A stretch of DNA of 63,585 bases, filler included, from Craspedostauros australis (Eukaryota), in the NCBI GenBank assembly GCA_030167865.1. It is 19 parts of 19 records of this genome, joined end to end, with 100 filler letters (N's around TTAATTAATTAA, not from the genome) between each part and the next. Parts side by side here need not be neighbours in the genome. Positions count along the whole stretch, not along the records: positions 59,371 to 63,585 come from JALAGF010001153.1; 18 more parts are not named here. One strand, written 5' to 3'. How positions within the stretch are numbered: the first letter of the stretch is position 1; each line of letters opens with the position of its first letter. This document shows, piece by piece, positions 59,373 through 63,585 of the stretch. The notes under the pieces were generated by a model, which did no database searches, was not told where the DNA came from, and saw only the letters and a program-made list of their open reading frames with translations. The position numbers and the translations under genes are program-made.

Positions 59373-61430
59373 GCATCGTCGCAGGAGGACGAATCCTCGT
59401 GCTGGAGCGAACTGTTCCAGGCCAGCCAAAATGGCGATCCGCAGCAAGCTGAGTCCATTCTGAATGCAATGCGCGCATCGCCCGATCAGCGACCCAACCT
59501 CAAGGCCTACACCATGACGTTCCAGGCCTACGCGAAGTCGGCGAGTCCCGACATTGTCAAGCGCTCCGAATCCCTGCTGCGGCGCATGTGGTTGGATTAC
59601 AAGGCTGGCATCTTGATGGACGGACCGCCGACGGAGTTTGCCTACAATTCCGTCATCAATGCGCATGCCAAGCAGCTGCTCTTCTTGCGGCGCAACCATC
59701 AATTTGGCGACGCCGAAGCGCTGCAGCAGCGCGAGACGTATGAATACCAGAGAGCGGGTGGGCGGATTGCGCGTGGCGATGACGATGCGCAGAATAACGA
59801 GGCTGTGGACAATGCCAACGATGAAGCGTTGGCAACGGCACAGGCGACTCCGCTCTCCAACAGTGGTGCCATGATGATACCGACGTTCTACAAAGATGGC
59901 AAGCCGTCCATCAAGCGCGTCATGGAACTGCTGCATGAGATGCAATTCTTCTCGGCGACGTCGACCGCAACGCACATGAAGCCCAGCGTCGTCACGTACA
60001 ACTCCGTCATTCACTGTTTGGCGCAGATTGGGGACTATGATACGGCAGAGGCCATTCTGGACGACATGATTCAGGAATCCAAACCGCTGGGCGATAGTGC
60101 TGGCACTCGCAACGGCGATGGCGACGAAGCCACCGTCCAACCGGATCCGATCACGTACAACGCCGTTATCAGCGCATTCTCCAACAGCCCGCAAGCCGAA
60201 AGCTCTTCACCGTCGTCTAGAATACCGGAACGAGCACAGGCGTTGCTGACGCTGATGGAAAATCATCCCAGCCCCGAGGTGAAACCCGATATCGTCACCT
60301 ATAACAGTGTGCTGAGCTGTTGGGCCAAGTCGGGACGGTTGGATGCCGGCGAACGTGCCGATGCCCTGCTGCAGCGCATGAAGACCGAAGAGTGCGGCGT
60401 GCAGCCATGTCTCATCAGCTACAACACCGTCCTCTCAGCCTGGTCACGATCCATGGTGAAGCCGTCGGCGCGTCGTGGCACAGATCACGCGCCCAGCAAG
60501 GACGCTCCCAGACGTGCCGAGCTCATCCTCAAAGAGCTGCAGGAATTGTACCGCAGCAAGAAGCAAAAGAACGCGCTGCACCATTCCATGAAACCCGACA
60601 TCTACACCTACACCACAGTCATCGACTTTTGTGCGCAATCGCGACAGAAGGTGGCGGCGGATCGAGCTGCCACCATCCTGTTTGAGATGAAGGATCTGCT
60701 GGAGCCCAATACCATCACGTACAACGCGGTCCTCAAAGCTTACGCCAAAGTGGGCGAGGCCGAGAAGGCGGAATCCTTGCTGCAGGATATGATTGAAGGC
60801 ACGATGCAAAGCGCGCTGCAGGATGACCAGGCAGATACCACAACCGTCGCGGTCCTGCCCGATCGCATATCCTTCAACACGGTGTTGGACGCCTGGTCCA
60901 AGTCGCGTTCCCCCGATGCGCCGGAGCGCGCCGAGTTGCTGTTCGAACAGATGGATAGGTACCACGAAGAGGGCATCATCGCGTGCCGTCCCGACACGGT
61001 CAGCTTCAACACCCTCATCAATTGCTGGGCCAAGGCCAGCTCGGCCCGACCGCACGGCGCCCAACGTGCCGATGACCTCTTGACCACCCTGCAGCAGCGG
61101 TACCGCCAATCCGACAAGAGCCACGATCTGCGTCCCACCACCATCACGTACAGCTCCGTCATCGCGGCCTGGGCGCGCAGCCGCAAGACGCAGGCGGCCG
61201 ATCGGGCGCTCGAGCTGCTAGGAGCCATGAACGCCAACCGGCATCTCAGGCCCACCGTTCTGACCTACAATGCCGTGCTGCGGGCGGTCGTGGCGTCACC
61301 CATATTGTCGGACAAGGAGACGATTGATCATGTGGGCGGTGTCTTGCGCAAGATGAAGAAGGCCAGAATTGCCACCGATGGGTTTACCAAAAAAGCCATC
61401 GCACCTTTTGCCGATCAATTTGACTTGTGA
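59373..61430 (+). CDS. Pentatricopeptide repeat (PPR) protein, 5'-partial
   Basis: About 11 P(D/N/T)..(T/S)(Y/F)N.V(L/I)..W...G....AE.LL..M repeats. Open from the contig edge and ends TGA. Confidence 0.95.
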   Translation, partial: ASSQEDESSCWSELFQASQNGDPQQAESILNAMRASPDQRPNLKAYTMTFQAYAKSASPDIVKRSESLLRRMWLDYKAGILMDGPPTEFAYNSVINAHAKQLLFLRRNHQFGDAEALQQRETYEYQRAGGRIARGDDDAQNNEAVDNANDEALATAQATPLSNSGAMMIPTFYKDGKPSIKRVMELLHEMQFFSATSTATHMKPSVVTYNSVIHCLAQIGDYDTAEAILDDMIQESKPLGDSAGTRNGDGDEATVQPDPITYNAVISAFSNSPQAESSSPSSRIPERAQALLTLMENHPSPEVKPDIVTYNSVLSCWAKSGRLDAGERADALLQRMKTEECGVQPCLISYNTVLSAWSRSMVKPSARRGTDHAPSKDAPRRAELILKELQELYRSKKQKNALHHSMKPDIYTYTTVIDFCAQSRQKVAADRAATILFEMKDLLEPNTITYNAVLKAYAKVGEAEKAESLLQDMIEGTMQSALQDDQADTTTVAVLPDRISFNTVLDAWSKSRSPDAPERAELLFEQMDRYHEEGIIACRPDTVSFNTLINCWAKASSARPHGAQRADDLLTTLQQRYRQSDKSHDLRPTTITYSSVIAAWARSRKTQAADRALELLGAMNANRHLRPTVLTYNAVLRAVVASPILSDKETIDHVGGVLRKMKKARIATDGFTKKAIAPFADQFDL

Positions 61431-62301
61431 TGGAAAATAGCAAAGCAGCTAAGCACCGACATCGCACGTACCATCATGTACACTGGTAGAGAGTACCAGT
61501 ATACCTTCGACAACAACTGTGAATGTTCCGGTACTACCTGCGTGGTCTGATTGATTTGTTCTTGGTTTGGGAATGCTTTTGTCAGCAGGAAGTATTCGGA
61601 TTCCGATCCATCGCTGTCATGGGAACCGTTTTTGCGAATGACATACGAGAAATACGAAGTTGAGTTGCTGTGCTCTATGTGCTGCTGCGTTCGTCATTGC
61701 TGTCGCACAGCTTCGCCATTCTCATGACGCACTTGCACCAATTAGTAGGCACGAATGGATGCAACCAATCAGGTTTCTTCCACAATGATGTAGATGTGTT
61801 CACAAAACAACGTCCACACAAAAAGACTTCTCAAACTGTCGTTTGATTAGATGTTCCTACCCTGCTCATGTGGCACAGCTTTGTGTGAGAACTAGTATCG
61901 GGACGAGCGTGTGCGGTACTGGCGTGTGTTGTGTACTTGCACAAGGATCGGCCCAGCACAGTGCGAGGAAAGGATCTCGTTGATGTCGACAGAACCTTGC
62001 TGCGGCCATCAACCGATGTGGTGTGATGTGCCGCGATGCGATTCGGCATAGGAGGCAACGCATCAACGACACCAATACGAAGGAATGCTGGCATCATCAC
62101 ATCAGCCGGATCAAGTGGGCATGTCAGCTCGCGCTCGGCTATTTGTGCTCAAACCGTGGATGGAACTCGACTCGATTAGAGTCATGTCAAGTCGAAAAGA
62201 GTCAAGCCAAGTCAAGTCAAGCACCCCACGAGTAGAGTGAACCAAGTGAAATAGAGCCAAGCCAAGTGCGAGCAGAGTAGAGCAGAGTAGAGCAGAACAG
62301 A

Positions 62302-63471
62302 ATGAAGATTGTTATACAGGGAAGAGCATCTCCAGGTCTATGCAGGATAGAACGGGATTGGTTGACTGCAGGTGAGGCTACTACATCGCAGCAACTTTGC
62401 TCAACGGGTGACTGCATCGCATCGCAACATCTTCATGACCCACAACTATCGATACTTCAGACATCCAGTCGTTGTTCAGTATCATCATCGTCGTCGTCGT
62501 CACTATCATCATTGTCGTCGTCGTCGTCGTGCAAATCACCCCCACGCCCACGACAACTACTAGTAGAACCCGACGCAGATAGCAATCCAATGAACCGACT
62601 GCAAGCTGCCAAGCAGCACTTGCACGACATGCTGAAGCAGCACAATGGCTCGCCGAGCCACCCGGAAGTATTGGATGCCATTGATCAGTTGCAACGTGCC
62701 AACACAACTCCTGTGACTGCCAATCTTGTCAATAACCTTTTGGTTGGTAGGTACCATACCTTGACCGCGCCCCAATTTCCCGGCCAAGTGAATGACTCGG
62801 CGACCATGTCTGACAACGAGCATCCTCAGTACACGTTGGGACGCTTGTCTTTTCATATCTTCCAACCAGCGAGTCTACTATGTTCTGTGGTACGTATTCG
62901 CAACGAAATCGTTGCACACGATGCGGACAATGACAACATTGGTGACATTGGTGACAATGGTGACAATCAAAACAATGATGACAATCAAAACAATGACAAC
63001 GAGAGCAATGAAACTGAACATAGTGGTGACAATGGCAAGAAACAGTATTCCTTCGACATCATCTGCGACATCATAATTCATACAGATGACAACGTCGATT
63101 TGCCAGCCACATTGACGAATCATGCTACCTGCTGGTGGTCGAAGAATCGACTGAAAGTGAAATTCCGCGGTGGCACGCTATCATCATCGTCATATGGCGA
63201 GGATGAGGAGGTTTGGCGTCGCACTTTTGCGTCCGCGTATGAAACTGCCGCGTCACAACAGTCGGTCGTGTCTTCCATCGTGTGGTTCGTGATGAAGTTG
63301 GTGTTGGGATTGCGATTACCAACCGATGCCAATCCCGGTGCATCGTTCCAGTTTGAGATGAAACGGTCGCCGATCGGATGGATGGAGTTCTTGTATCTCG
63401 ATGACGATCTGCGCGTCTCGAAAGGCAATCGTGGCACCATCGTGATCGTCGAGCGCATGGAGGAGTGCTGA
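62302..63471 (+). CDS. PAP/fibrillin-like (lipocalin-fold) protein; start may be 62590
   Basis: C-terminal GWMEFLYLDDDLRVSKGNRGTIVIVER and an N-terminal helix VLDAIDQLQRAN. Confidence 0.7.
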   Translation: MKIVIQGRASPGLCRIERDWLTAGEATTSQQLCSTGDCIASQHLHDPQLSILQTSSRCSVSSSSSSSLSSLSSSSSCKSPPRPRQLLVEPDADSNPMNRLQAAKQHLHDMLKQHNGSPSHPEVLDAIDQLQRANTTPVTANLVNNLLVGRYHTLTAPQFPGQVNDSATMSDNEHPQYTLGRLSFHIFQPASLLCSVVRIRNEIVAHDADNDNIGDIGDNGDNQNNDDNQNNDNESNETEHSGDNGKKQYSFDIICDIIIHTDDNVDLPATLTNHATCWWSKNRLKVKFRGGTLSSSSYGEDEEVWRRTFASAYETAASQQSVVSSIVWFVMKLVLGLRLPTDANPGASFQFEMKRSPIGWMEFLYLDDDLRVSKGNRGTIVIVERMEEC

Positions 63472-63585
63472 TTCATGACAACGACAGCAACAACGACGAC
63501 AACAACGACGACGACAACTGCGACTACGAATGAGAATAACAATACGATAATAGAGTAAAGTGTCATCACAACAGCACATTGAGAG

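Noticed and set aside
59319..61255. Long antisense ORFs opposite the PPR gene, and similarly opposite the cyclase, UTP14 and pol
   Set aside because: Expected shadows of GC3-rich coding sequence.
1..63585. tRNA, rRNA or telomeric repeats
   Set aside because: None recognised by eye. tRNAscan-SE and Infernal would be needed to exclude small RNAs.

Overview
This window is not one locus. It consists of 19 small contigs joined by 18 artificial 100-bp spacers (N44-TTAATTAATTAA-N44), so adjacency across spacers has no biological meaning. The source is a diatom, probably a pennate: it has a silicon transporter (SIT) C-terminus with a coiled-coil tail, a tandem-HA-domain protein, a receptor cyclase-phosphodiesterase fusion and several CoDi-type Ty1/copia elements. 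Most contigs are transposon pieces: copia gag, pol and LTRs, a tyrosine-recombinase retroelement, a Sola-like transposase, piggyBac-like elements and a probable LINE ORF1. Host genes are a cyclase-PDE, three ankyrin genes, two UTP14 segments, an HA-domain protein, SIT, a PPR protein and a fibrillin-like protein. The strongest candidates for something new are: (1) a copia family whose gag and pol overlap only across an in-frame G_GGT_TTT slippery heptamer (candidate programmed -1 frameshift), followed by a hydrophobic transframe region; (2) a DNA-homogenised ankyrin array that varies mainly at the ligand-binding positions, in frame with a coiled coil and a BTB domain; (3) a tyrosine recombinase with a PHD-like finger; (4) a complete TIR element with an ATAT target duplication and palindromic subterminal boxes. 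All family assignments come from motif recognition by eye; no database searches were run.
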